Source of the DNA: a virus
Reading direction: 5' to 3' (one strand)
IMG/VR virus record: IMGVR_UViG_3300046467_002136
Coordinates: 32,001 to 96,000 of that record
DNA: 64,000 bases
The position numbers and the translations under genes were made by a program. The number at the start of each line of letters is the position of its first letter. Within the stretch, counting starts at the first letter, position 1. Shown here piece by piece: positions 19,412 to 28,433 of the stretch. Below the pieces are notes generated by a model. That model worked only from the letters and a program-made list of their open reading frames with translations, made no database searches and had not been told where the DNA came from.

Positions 19412-19774
19412 TCACTTTGCTTCTCGTTCCCATTCAGTGCCGTCCTGTACAAGACCGTCACCATCACCATCTCTGGCATCAGGGTTGTATCCAGTAGCTT
19501 TAGTTGACGCGGCAGGTGGTGCCTTTTTCTTGGGGGAAGATTTTTTCGGAGAGCCGCCACTAATGAGGTTTAAAAGCCCGGCCTCTACTAATTTCTCTAA
19601 AATAGGGTTGCTTTCTGACACGCACCCGAAATGACCGATGGGAACCGTGTGTCCTAGCTCGTCTATTTCGCGAATAGCGAGACCCATGTTGTAGACGACA
19701 ACGTCGCCAGCCTTAACGTGGGCATCCGCTTTGTCGCGGTGCATGCTGTCAAACACATTAAATGAAATAGCCAT
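19412..19774 (-). CDS. Hypothetical protein with C-terminal DGDGDGLVQDGTEWER tag
   Basis: 120 aa. The C-terminal motif is shared with four giant head-region ORFs. TACAAT lies 6 nt upstream of the ATG. Confidence 0.7.
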   Translation of the reverse strand: MAISFNVFDSMHRDKADAHVKAGDVVVYNMGLAIREIDELGHTVPIGHFGCVSESNPILEKLVEAGLLNLISGGSPKKSSPKKKAPPAASTKATGYNPDARDGDGDGLVQDGTEWEREAK

Positions 19775-19788
19775 ACCTTGATTGTACC

Positions 19789-20049
19789 TTATCCTTTGTG
19801 AAGCATATGTCCAATAGCGTCAAACTGGGCAATAACCTCTAAATGATCTGCAGCGAGTGCTCCAGAAATTAATTCTGTGTTGAGACACATCATATTACCT
19901 AATGGTTCTATTCTGTGACCACAACAACTACAAGTCTCAATTGTGTGTTGTGCTTTACTATGAACAACAATGCAGTTGGATCTTTCATAATCCATAGATA
20001 TGGCATCAGCTGCACCACGCGGAACGGTTTGGCATAAACAGCAACTCAT
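19789..20049 (-). CDS. Hypothetical Cys/His-rich protein
   Basis: 86 aa with ATGA overlap on the upstream gene; fills the gap; no recognisable family. Confidence 0.45.
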   Translation of the reverse strand: MSCCLCQTVPRGAADAISMDYERSNCIVVHSKAQHTIETCSCCGHRIEPLGNMMCLNTELISGALAADHLEVIAQFDAIGHMLHKG

Positions 20050-20705
20050 TCAGACGAACCTCCGGTAGTTGTGTATCCAAGGTTTGTTGGCAAATCAAGA
20101 GAGGTATCGCCGACACCTACATTCTTGACACCGATCTGGATGCCCTCTTCTTTGACCGTGCCGAGCTTGGTTCTGGAAACAACTTCATTGATGCCCATGG
20201 TGTAGCCGATATACGAACCAGCCATGACTCGATCACCTTTTACTAGTGTCAGGTCAGAAAACTCTTCACGCATCGTCGATTCGTCGATTTCTACTTTCCA
20301 TGTGTCTCGCGCGTCTGTTGCTTTAAGACAGGGTCGATCAAGAAGGGCAGCTCTAGTCACGGTTGTTAACCGATCGCGCATATAGGTCACAGCCTCAGAA
20401 CCATTTGCTTTGGCCCAAATATAAGTACGCATTGTGTAATTAACTCGATACTCGGGTTCTGATGGTGTATCTGATGACCAGCCAAGTCTTTCCATATTTG
20501 CAGTCGATATGGCGACGGTAATAATCATTGGCCAAGCATCGATAGCAACTGGTTCAAAAGTCAGAAATTTCAAAGGGTCAGGCAAAGTGGCACTGTCGAC
20601 ACCCCAACCGTTTCTGTATTCGACAAGACGAACAGGAAGATCCGTTTTTAAGAAATCGTTTACATAGCTCTTGGCGAACTGTGCACCATGCATAAGGTCT
20701 GCCAT
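20046..20705 (-). CDS. Tail terminator/neck completion protein (putative)
   Basis: 219 aa in the neck module upstream of the sheath; called from position. Confidence 0.55.
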   Translation of the reverse strand: MADLMHGAQFAKSYVNDFLKTDLPVRLVEYRNGWGVDSATLPDPLKFLTFEPVAIDAWPMIITVAISTANMERLGWSSDTPSEPEYRVNYTMRTYIWAKANGSEAVTYMRDRLTTVTRAALLDRPCLKATDARDTWKVEIDESTMREEFSDLTLVKGDRVMAGSYIGYTMGINEVVSRTKLGTVKEEGIQIGVKNVGVGDTSLDLPTNLGYTTTGGSSE

Positions 20706-21220
20706 TAGAGACTACCTTCTAATGCTTCGCGGCCTTCCGACATGTAGTCAACGGCCCATTTGCCCCAGCGGATATGAGCCTCATACGGTTCAAAAATAAT
20801 TTGCCGCTTCGGCATCTTGCTCGTTCCCATTTGATGAAATTTTGCCCATTCGATATCTGTTCCAAAAACTGCTCGTTTGGCATGAATCTCGTTTGGATTT
20901 CCCCTCAAGCTCGACAAACTATTAAATAACCGACCCGTCTGTATGAGTGTCGTAGCTCCAGGAAAGCGAGCTGCTTTCCACGAGCCATACTGGGCGTCCA
21001 AAGGTGCCCAACCCCCTACGGGTAGTCCATTTGACGTGAAGTTTTTTGCCCAGTGCTGTTCTAGATCATCACGAATGCGTTCGAAAACTGGACCAAAGTC
21101 TCTGGCACGTCGTTGTACACCATTGATTTCTCGTTTGAGAGGTTGGGTATTGAACTTGGTGTCAAACTCAATTTGAACACCTTTTGCCCGCCGCGCTCTT
21201 TGGAGTGTTCGAAATGCCAT
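20705..21220 (-). CDS. Phage virion morphogenesis protein (Mu gpG-like)
   Basis: WAPL, LIQTGRLFNSL, FGTDIEWAKFHQMGTSKMPKRQI motifs. Start reassigned to ATG 21220, 1 nt after the upstream stop. Confidence 0.8.
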   Translation of the reverse strand: MAFRTLQRARRAKGVQIEFDTKFNTQPLKREINGVQRRARDFGPVFERIRDDLEQHWAKNFTSNGLPVGGWAPLDAQYGSWKAARFPGATTLIQTGRLFNSLSSLRGNPNEIHAKRAVFGTDIEWAKFHQMGTSKMPKRQIIFEPYEAHIRWGKWAVDYMSEGREALEGSL

Positions 21221-21221
21221 G

Positions 21222-21857
21222 TTAAGCCACCCGAATTCGGCGATGTCGTTTGACCGCCAATAACTCCCTATCTGTAAACCCTGTTTCCATAGGGCCGATA
21301 TTTCGAGGTTCGAGATCTTTGATGCCGACAACATCGTCGTGCATGTTCTGCATCTCTCTCGAAGCTGCCCTAAGAATCATCAACCTGAAAGTAGGAATAC
21401 TGGCACCGGCAAGACCGGCATTATAGGTAACTGTCAACTTGTCGTTTGCGCCGCCACGATAAACATCTACGCCGTACCGACGTGCAACATATTCAGTTCC
21501 GGCAGTCAAAGTCTCGGCGGCACTTCCGGGAGTTACAGGAGTAAGAACGATACTCGCAATCGAGTTAACAGGGCTCTCTCGTAAATATAGTGTTGCTGGA
21601 GGATCTGTATACGAAAGAATGCCGCTTGTGTTCGAGTCGAGTTTGTTATCGTAGAAGAATGAAGTTTCAGGCATGCCCAAATGATTCGAATCGAGAATGT
21701 AATCCTCGGTAAAATTGGCTGCTTCAATCTTGCGCCCTAAAAAAGTTTCTAGTTCTGATTGAAGACCGCTGAGAATAATGTCAGCAGCGTCTTGTTGACG
21801 TAAACTGAACTCAATATCCATGTAGGTTTTAAGATTGGCACGAGTTACTAGAGCCAT
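21222..21857 (-). CDS. Head-tail adaptor/connector protein
   Basis: MALVTRANLKTYM...ELETFLGRKI...PVNSIASI...VTYNAG, a gp6/gp15-like adaptor pattern. Confidence 0.75.
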   Translation of the reverse strand: MALVTRANLKTYMDIEFSLRQQDAADIILSGLQSELETFLGRKIEAANFTEDYILDSNHLGMPETSFFYDNKLDSNTSGILSYTDPPATLYLRESPVNSIASIVLTPVTPGSAAETLTAGTEYVARRYGVDVYRGGANDKLTVTYNAGLAGASIPTFRLMILRAASREMQNMHDDVVGIKDLEPRNIGPMETGFTDRELLAVKRHRRIRVA

Positions 21858-21869
21858 GGTGGCAGGCTC

Positions 21870-22049
21870 CTATCTAATTACACGCGGACGGCGCCTACGG
21901 CCTCTGCGGATAATGTCACGCACGCGCTCATTGGCTATACGTCCACGACCACGGCGAGCTTCACGGCCACGCAAAAGAGAGCGAATGCTGCGGCGAATTC
22001 GCCCAGCTCGCCGAAAGTCAAATTCGCGTTCTTTACCGGGTGAGGGCAT
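21870..22049 (-). CDS. Small arginine-rich basic protein
   Basis: ATG at 22049 with an AGGAAGG RBS; 59 aa containing 23 Arg. Confidence 0.6.
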   Translation of the reverse strand: MPSPGKEREFDFRRAGRIRRSIRSLLRGREARRGRGRIANERVRDIIRRGRRRRPRVIR

Positions 22050-22124
22050 ATAACGGCACCTTCCTAGATGGAATCTAGTTCTAGTGTAGCGCACTAGGCC
22101 CTTACACTATATACCCGTTAATTG

Positions 22125-22691
22125 TTACCTATCGGCGTTAGGAGGTTTTTCTGTTGCGACTTCTTTTTTGTCGACAGTTCCGGGCGGAGCTTCCACTGGA
22201 ACCCATGCCATCGAATAACGATGATTCGGAACTTTTCGGTGCTTAATGATCGAGCCATCCAGCATCAATTCTAATTCATCGCCCTTCATACAAAAACGAG
22301 CCACGAAATCTTCTACCGAAAACGCCTTAGATCTTTTCAGTTGTTTTACAATTCGAGATAGTTTATGAGCAACCATGTTCCCACGACCACGATTCAATTG
22401 AATGTGTAAGGCCATAGCCTCAGTTTCGCCACAATCAATCACATGAACAGGTACGCCATCAGCAAACCGTTCTGACAGGTGTTTATTACCCCTGATTGCT
22501 CGCAGCCGCTGAGAGCCGTCAATTACGTTCATGCCGTCCTTCTGAACAACAAGTGGGGAAAGCACCCCATAATCCATTAGGGCCGCTGTCAGGACCAACA
22601 AATCCGGTCTAAGGATATATGTGGCATTCCACTCTGGAATATTGAGCTCCTCGTAATCCCGAACCCACATCGTGTATTGCTCTGCACTCAT
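22125..22691 (-). CDS. ParB-like protein (IbrB-like)
   Basis: YGVLSPLVV, VIDGSQRL and IQLNRGRG motifs; coupled to the PAPS-reductase gene. Confidence 0.75.
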   Translation of the reverse strand: MSAEQYTMWVRDYEELNIPEWNATYILRPDLLVLTAALMDYGVLSPLVVQKDGMNVIDGSQRLRAIRGNKHLSERFADGVPVHVIDCGETEAMALHIQLNRGRGNMVAHKLSRIVKQLKRSKAFSVEDFVARFCMKGDELELMLDGSIIKHRKVPNHRYSMAWVPVEAPPGTVDKKEVATEKPPNADR

Positions 22692-23815
22692 GAGGCTTCC
22701 TCCGCTGCTTTCTGCCTCACTGTGTAGGCTCTGGTTTTTGGCCCCACGGGGGAGGCCGAAGTCGTGGTGAGTTCATTAAGTAGGAGATTCCTGATCAACC
22801 AATTTATTGGATACGAATGCGGATCTAAAGCATGCTTCTTCCTAAATTCAGCTGCATATGCCTTAGCCCTTCGAGCTTTTGAATCACCGATCATATAATC
22901 ATCAATTACGTCGGTTACCCCGTCCCAACCTTCCTCAGCATAATTGTTGATCAGTTGTTCGATGTCGAAGTCCTTCCACCAGCGGCGCTGGGCGTCGATC
23001 TGGGGGAAACATTCATACAACCGATCATAAAATTCTGGTTCGGTGGCGACCACGTCACCAATGCGTCGAATCGCAACAGAGTGAAGTGGTATCCCGACCC
23101 GAGTATTTGAACCGGTTAATGCTGCCCTGTCGTAATACTCGCAATAGGGGGCATTGTGTTCTTCAGTAATGAATTTGAATACATCGTTGACATTCCAGTC
23201 GTAGATGACTTTCGCAAACTTCAGAGGTGTTCCACGTTTTATACCGAAGGGTGTGACGATGTAGTTCTCGTGCAACTTTTGGACCAAGGATCGATAACGA
23301 ATCATCGACTCAGCAGCCCGGACACCAGTAATGAAAGCAACGCTTCCTTGCTTCCCTTGCATCGTGTAAAAATCAACAGCTTCAGGTAGGGGTTGACCCC
23401 CTTCTAGCCCAAACGATTTTGCGCTAATCGCATCTTCCGGCATTTCGCGCACCCATCGTCCTGCCTGTTCCCGATATTCCCCCCATAACACCACAGGTTG
23501 TCGTCTGCCTAGAACCCAGACTTCTCCGCCGTAGGGAAGGCAATACCATTCCATGTCGATCCAATCGAAATTTCTGACCATTTCGACATATTCAAGAACG
23601 AGGGGACTTACCATCTCTTCATCCCTGAATATAACTTTGACTGGACCTAGGCCACGTTCTTCGTGTACCTCTTTAGCCAGATAGAGAACAGCGGTGCTGT
23701 CCTTGCCTCCAGAAAATTGAATACAGACGGTATCGAAAGTATCGTAGACATGACGTATCCGCTGACGAGCGGCTTCAAGACATGTGATGTCTAAAAACAT
23801 CCGCTGACGAGTCAT
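22688..23815 (-). CDS. PAPS reductase-family PP-loop protein (IbrA-like)
   Basis: FSGGKDS PP-loop, FRDEE, ITGVRAAES, IYDWNVNDVF. Confidence 0.88.
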   Translation of the reverse strand: MTRQRMFLDITCLEAARQRIRHVYDTFDTVCIQFSGGKDSTAVLYLAKEVHEERGLGPVKVIFRDEEMVSPLVLEYVEMVRNFDWIDMEWYCLPYGGEVWVLGRRQPVVLWGEYREQAGRWVREMPEDAISAKSFGLEGGQPLPEAVDFYTMQGKQGSVAFITGVRAAESMIRYRSLVQKLHENYIVTPFGIKRGTPLKFAKVIYDWNVNDVFKFITEEHNAPYCEYYDRAALTGSNTRVGIPLHSVAIRRIGDVVATEPEFYDRLYECFPQIDAQRRWWKDFDIEQLINNYAEEGWDGVTDVIDDYMIGDSKARRAKAYAAEFRKKHALDPHSYPINWLIRNLLLNELTTTSASPVGPKTRAYTVRQKAAEEAS

Positions 23816-24600
23816 AGTTCTGAATGCGCCTCGACAAATGACATCAACTTCTCCGCAGTTGTGTCGCCCTCATAAGCCGGTTGCCCACGAAGCCATCGCA
23901 CGAAGGTGTACCAATCTTTCTGCTGGGCGGGATCATCGAAAACCAAGGTGTACTGAACAACTGCTTTGCTTAACCCGCCCTGAGGCGTAACCGTGCTGCC
24001 CTGAATGGCAATATCGTTATGGTCAACGCTGTCGTCGGCGACAATCCTTCGTTCCCCATCCTCGCCATCCTGCACTAAAGCATCTAACGCATTGTCCATC
24101 CTGTCGATCAGAGATGGACGAGTAAATGTTGTGGTGCCGCCCTCTCTGTCAGCGGCAATTTCTGCCTGCTCTTCATAGAGGGAAATCTCGAAGTCGTCCC
24201 ATGCCAAGTCACTCATGAGGTCGCCATACTCGTCAACAACGCTCAGAATCATGTCAACGGCCTTGGTATTGTCCGTATGACCCAACTCCATTGTCCGGTT
24301 GTCGGCGAGTGCAAAAGCAACAGCCCGTTTGTCATCTCCGTCAAAAGGCACAGCAGCAATATGAGTCCAACCAAGTTTCTTAGCTGCTTCGACCTGATGG
24401 TTGCCAGCGATCACCGTGGCCTTATCGTTTTCGTTCAAACGAATCACGATGGGCTTCACTTGACCAAACTCATCGTATGACGCAGCAATCGCTTCAACAT
24501 TTCCAACTCTTGGATTGTTGACAAGGGGCTGCAGGTCACTCAACGGAATAAGTAGCTCGGTGAGGGACTCGTGGACTTTATGGTTGTTCTCCATGGTCAT
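23812..24600 (-). CDS. ParB/Srx-like N-terminal domain protein
   Basis: NNPRVGNVEAIAASYDEFGQVKPI, VIAGNHQVEAAKKLGW, ALADNRT. Confidence 0.85.
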   Translation of the reverse strand: MTMENNHKVHESLTELLIPLSDLQPLVNNPRVGNVEAIAASYDEFGQVKPIVIRLNENDKATVIAGNHQVEAAKKLGWTHIAAVPFDGDDKRAVAFALADNRTMELGHTDNTKAVDMILSVVDEYGDLMSDLAWDDFEISLYEEQAEIAADREGGTTTFTRPSLIDRMDNALDALVQDGEDGERRIVADDSVDHNDIAIQGSTVTPQGGLSKAVVQYTLVFDDPAQQKDWYTFVRWLRGQPAYEGDTTAEKLMSFVEAHSEL

Positions 24601-24935
24601 ACCTGTACCCGCACGTTGGCATTGAGGGTTCGCATCGCATCGATGGATGATCTTAAGGAGAGTAGCTTTTCCCGCTTCGATTTTAGTAGGGCTTCCGATA
24701 TTTTGTACTCAAAGTGTTCGTCAGCCATTTTGTAGTCGGCCCAGGATTCCCGCTCCTTGATCGACCCCTTGGCAGACAGATACTCCTTAGCCCACGCCGA
24801 CTTGTATCTTGCTTCTTTCTTAGCGTTGTCTTCAGCGAGGCTTTCGAAAGCTTCTGTTTCGTTTTCTAACTCGTCAAGGAAATGAAGCAGTCGTTGTTCG
24901 ATCTCAACTTGGCTGATAGGGCCTCTAAAGTTCAT
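24597..24935 (-). CDS. Hypothetical coiled-coil protein
   Basis: 112 aa, helical, with ATGA coupling on both sides. Confidence 0.65.
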   Translation of the reverse strand: MNFRGPISQVEIEQRLLHFLDELENETEAFESLAEDNAKKEARYKSAWAKEYLSAKGSIKERESWADYKMADEHFEYKISEALLKSKREKLLSLRSSIDAMRTLNANVRVQV

Positions 24936-25804
24936 AATATTCTTTCTTCAAAATAGGCTTCTACTTCAGCCAAGGTCGGAGTGTCCCAAAGCTCGCTCCT
25001 ACCGTGAGCTACATCATATTTATATGTTCCGTAATACTTGAAATCGTCGTGCAGCTTTGGCAGCCAGTGAGGCTGAGTCCATGTGGCCACGTCATCCGGT
25101 TCAGCGATGCGCACCGGAGTGTTGAGTCCGAAGAACCCTAAATAAGAAAGTCTTTCACCGGAAGTAACTGGCTTAACGGAGTGTGCAGCTATGTAATTGG
25201 CAGGAAAGTACATGCAATCACCAGTTGACAATCTGACTGTGGTGTCTAGATATGGGAAGAAGAATTCACCGCCCTCGTAATCATCGTTGAGACCCGTCGC
25301 ACAGGCAACAACCTGAGCGCCTTCTATCTGGTGAGAAGGCAACTCCCTTTTTCCATTATGTGAACTAAAGCTTGACGCCTGATCGTTGTGGGTGTCCATC
25401 CATTGCAAGTCGGTGTAGCTCAGGGCATATCCTCTGGTGCGCCACCAAAGTGTTTCCGCTAGCAACGGGTACTCCGTCATGTAATCAACCAAATACATGT
25501 ATCGGAAGTCTTCTAAAACCCCCCACTCTAAATCGATGTCCTCATCCGTATCCTGAGTCACCACTTCATGTATTCGTACCGGCTGCTGTGGGAGCATCGG
25601 CGTTTCAAGCTTGGCCCTGTCGCTGACGTAACGCTGCAGCATGGGCTCGATCGTCGTTACATCTCTATATATAACGACTCCCGGCGCAGGCGTTTCCTTC
25701 CGACCCAACCCCCATAGAGCTTCCTCCCAACAAGTTCTCGGGTGCATGATGGCGTCAATGAACTCTTCCACCTCGGGAGTGTAGGCATCCATTTTATTAG
25801 TCAT
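24932..25804 (-). CDS. 2OG-Fe(II) oxygenase (prolyl-hydroxylase-like)
   Basis: HND, NDDYEGGEFFF and FPANYIAAHSVKPVTSGER motifs. Confidence 0.85.
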   Translation of the reverse strand: MTNKMDAYTPEVEEFIDAIMHPRTCWEEALWGLGRKETPAPGVVIYRDVTTIEPMLQRYVSDRAKLETPMLPQQPVRIHEVVTQDTDEDIDLEWGVLEDFRYMYLVDYMTEYPLLAETLWWRTRGYALSYTDLQWMDTHNDQASSFSSHNGKRELPSHQIEGAQVVACATGLNDDYEGGEFFFPYLDTTVRLSTGDCMYFPANYIAAHSVKPVTSGERLSYLGFFGLNTPVRIAEPDDVATWTQPHWLPKLHDDFKYYGTYKYDVAHGRSELWDTPTLAEVEAYFEERIL

Positions 25805-26336
25805 CGAATTTCCCTACCGCTCTTGACCAGTCGATGTTCTCCAAGGCTTCCAAGTGGTTCTTAGGCCATTCGTATTCCGAAGCATCAAAACGAGATCGAC
25901 CCATTTGTTCGAGAATCCACGCATCACACATATCGTCGGCACCCTTGCCCTCCCAAACTAATCCAGTTCGGGCAGAGATTGCAGAGATGACTTCAACCTT
26001 TGACGCGTTTCCTCTTCCGGTTGCGAACTTGGCACGGCAGGTCGGAGGGATGTCTACGACGGTGTAGTTGTCCTCGTGCAGAGCAAGACGAATGACGCCA
26101 CCCAGTTCTCCGATGGAATGAGCCTGACTCGCCCGCGAAGCAAACGAGTAGCCCTCAATCAAGACCACATCCGGGCGATGTTCCCGGCAGACGAGCATGA
26201 CCTCATCCCTGATGGCCGCAAGCCGTTCCACACCCTTCTCCTTAACGGCGATTGCGCCCATGTCTTTGTCACAGGAATATCCCGTAGATGTAAGCGACAG
26301 GTCAAGACCCATAAACTTCATGGTTTTTTTCGCCAT
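25797..26336 (-). CDS. ruvC: RuvC-like Holliday junction resolvase
   Basis: MGLDLSLTSTG, VLIEGYSF, GELGGVIR, KFATGRGNASK, DDMCDA. Confidence 0.85.
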   Translation of the reverse strand: MAKKTMKFMGLDLSLTSTGYSCDKDMGAIAVKEKGVERLAAIRDEVMLVCREHRPDVVLIEGYSFASRASQAHSIGELGGVIRLALHEDNYTVVDIPPTCRAKFATGRGNASKVEVISAISARTGLVWEGKGADDMCDAWILEQMGRSRFDASEYEWPKNHLEALENIDWSRAVGKFDD

Positions 26337-26698
26337 CCGGGGATAGCCAAGCCAAGCTCGATTGCAGTTGCCGGTTCACGTCCGATACGGTCATGACAAT
26401 CACGACACACAGCCATAAGATTTTCTTCTTCAAGAATGGAGCCACCCTGTGAGCGGCGTTTCAATTCGTGAATATCGACGCTTGCATTCCGTTTGTAAAG
26501 TGTTACCTCATCGTGCTGTGCCCAAATTGGGCATGCCTCACAGTAGGGTCGCTCTTGCAGGAGACGAGACACCACCTTCCTGCGTTCGACGTACTTCTGC
26601 TGCATCTTCTTGCTGCGTGGGTTAAGAGAGCCTGTTCGCTTTAATGAGCCACTTCGTTTAAGCGGCCCACCACGGTTCATAGGCTTCTTGCGTTTCAT
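26318..26698 (-). CDS. HNH endonuclease
   Basis: CEAC...DIHELKRRSQGGS...NLMAVCRDCHDRI. Confidence 0.85.
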   Translation of the reverse strand: MKRKKPMNRGGPLKRSGSLKRTGSLNPRSKKMQQKYVERRKVVSRLLQERPYCEACPIWAQHDEVTLYKRNASVDIHELKRRSQGGSILEEENLMAVCRDCHDRIGREPATAIELGLAIPGWRKKP

Positions 26699-27204
26699 AC
26701 GGCGTCACTGGTTACCTGATCAAAGTCCCACTTATTCTCCAACGCTGCCCACAAGGCACGATCAATAGCCGTATCTTCCAAGTCGTGCGCATCCATTAAT
26801 TCGCGGTGCTTCAAAATTGCGCGACGGTAAAAATTAGCTGATTCAAACGGATTCATGTCAATAGGTTTACCGGTCTGAATCATTCCCTTAACTTGGCTCA
26901 AACGGTTATCAACATGGAACTTAAAACGTTCGACCTTTGTTTTTTTAGACGCATATGCATTTTCTGCCTCTTTGGCCAACTTGCGTCCGTCTTTACCCAG
27001 AGCCATATAGCGATTCGCGTCTGATTCGGCATCTGCATCGATACTCTCAATCTGAGTCAAGAGGTTTTCAGACAATGCGTTCAGGGCGCGCTTCCAACGA
27101 TCCCAATTTACCGACTCCAACAAAACTTTCCGGTGACCCGGCGACAACTTGTTTTTGACTTCTTCCGCAACTAATTGCGCAAAAGAATCATCTGTTATTT
27201 GCAT
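26695..27204 (-). CDS. Hypothetical helical protein
   Basis: About 169 aa from ATG 27204, 2 nt after the upstream stop; no recognisable motif. Confidence 0.65.
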   Translation of the reverse strand: MQITDDSFAQLVAEEVKNKLSPGHRKVLLESVNWDRWKRALNALSENLLTQIESIDADAESDANRYMALGKDGRKLAKEAENAYASKKTKVERFKFHVDNRLSQVKGMIQTGKPIDMNPFESANFYRRAILKHRELMDAHDLEDTAIDRALWAALENKWDFDQVTSDAV

Positions 27205-27206
27205 TT

Positions 27207-28433
27207 TCAACTCCAAGCAGGACACTGGGGCTTATACGCACACCAATTGCACAACGCCGTTTTCCTGGTCTCAAATTCATGTGTCTCACATGAAACATCT
27301 ATGGCCTTTTTAGTACTTACAACGTATTCGACAGTCTCATCAAAATCACTTTGGGTGAAATTGTGTTCTAGCCTCACGCCATCTTTTAGATACAGTAATT
27401 CTAATTTTTCGGTTTCACCCACTCCCAATACTCTGGCTAATGCGCCATAAATTTTGAGTTGGAGAAACTTGTCGTCACTATAGTTCGGATTCGGAGTCTT
27501 GCCGGTTTTGTAATCGCTGATAACCAGTTTGTCACCAGTCAAGGAATAGCGATCGATAAACCCTTTGAGAGTTACCCCTCCGAGCTCTCCATTGAGTTCA
27601 TACTCCAAGCCCTCTGGTTCGATCGCCGTGGGCTCTTCGACCACCCACAAGTTTTCAACACACCAAACAGCACGCCATTTAAATTGACGGATGCGTTTGT
27701 CGCCCCTGACATATGGGTGAATCCGATTAATCCAGTCACCCGACTCCCACACTTCCGCGAAGAGAGGAGTAATCAGTTCCTTGGTCCTCTCGCTGGAGTC
27801 GTACATGTAGAACTGTTCACAAACATCGTGAACCAAGTTCCCCAGCAGGGTCGCCTCACTGGGCTCATCGGGAAGCTTGTCTATTTTGCTGAAACGAAAC
27901 TTCATTGGGCATTGGTTGTATGTGCCCATCGAAGACGGGGACAGATGTGGTGGTGCTTCTAACTTCTCAATCACCGAGGAACCTCCTGTGGTCGGCTCAG
28001 ATATTTCAGGAAAAGAGATCCATTCCAAAACAGGAGTCAGCGAGCCGATGTATCGGTTACATGCTCGGCCACCCTTCGTTTTGCCATCACGGTCCACCAC
28101 TGTCACATATCCAAGGCGCTGAAGCTCGTTGACTCTGGTTCTGGCGCTGGAATAGGCGGCTGGGCCGTAATGCTGGACGTAAAGTTCGTGAGCACGCTCT
28201 TGTGAGATCGGCCCGTTTTCACAGACGATGTTAAGCACCCGAACTTTTAGTTCAGTCAGCTTTTCTTTGGTTATTGACCGAGCAGCCTCGTGCGACGTGT
28301 CTGGATCGTTGCGCTTAGCAACTGCCCCTTTGGCAACTCCCAACAGTTGGTCAAATAGCGAACCATCTTCGAAATCGTCAAATAGCTGGCCATCACCCAC
28401 TGGAGTCGCTGTCGTTTTCATCCTTTTCGACAT
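27207..28433 (-). CDS. RecB-family PD-(D/E)XK exonuclease with N-terminal winged-HTH-like region
   Basis: HLSPSS..YNQCP, GNLVHDVCE, LKGFIDR, ISDYKTGK, QLKIY and a C-terminal CNWC..C Fe-S-type motif. N-terminus has RNDPDTSHEAA...RTRVNELQRLG. Confidence 0.85.
   Translation of the reverse strand: MSKRMKTTATPVGDGQLFDDFEDGSLFDQLLGVAKGAVAKRNDPDTSHEAARSITKEKLTELKVRVLNIVCENGPISQERAHELYVQHYGPAAYSSARTRVNELQRLGYVTVVDRDGKTKGGRACNRYIGSLTPVLEWISFPEISEPTTGGSSVIEKLEAPPHLSPSSMGTYNQCPMKFRFSKIDKLPDEPSEATLLGNLVHDVCEQFYMYDSSERTKELITPLFAEVWESGDWINRIHPYVRGDKRIRQFKWRAVWCVENLWVVEEPTAIEPEGLEYELNGELGGVTLKGFIDRYSLTGDKLVISDYKTGKTPNPNYSDDKFLQLKIYGALARVLGVGETEKLELLYLKDGVRLEHNFTQSDFDETVEYVVSTKKAIDVSCETHEFETRKTALCNWCAYKPQCPAWS

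Noticed and set aside
22688-23815. Auxiliary sulfate-assimilation gene cysH
   Set aside because: Its length, motif pattern and ParB partners fit the IbrA-like branch, and it lacks the C-terminal ECGLH of true CysH.
27207-27960. Cas4 as evidence of a CRISPR-Cas system
   Set aside because: This is a stand-alone RecB/Cas4-like nuclease beside a Rad52-like annealase, the usual phage recombination context.
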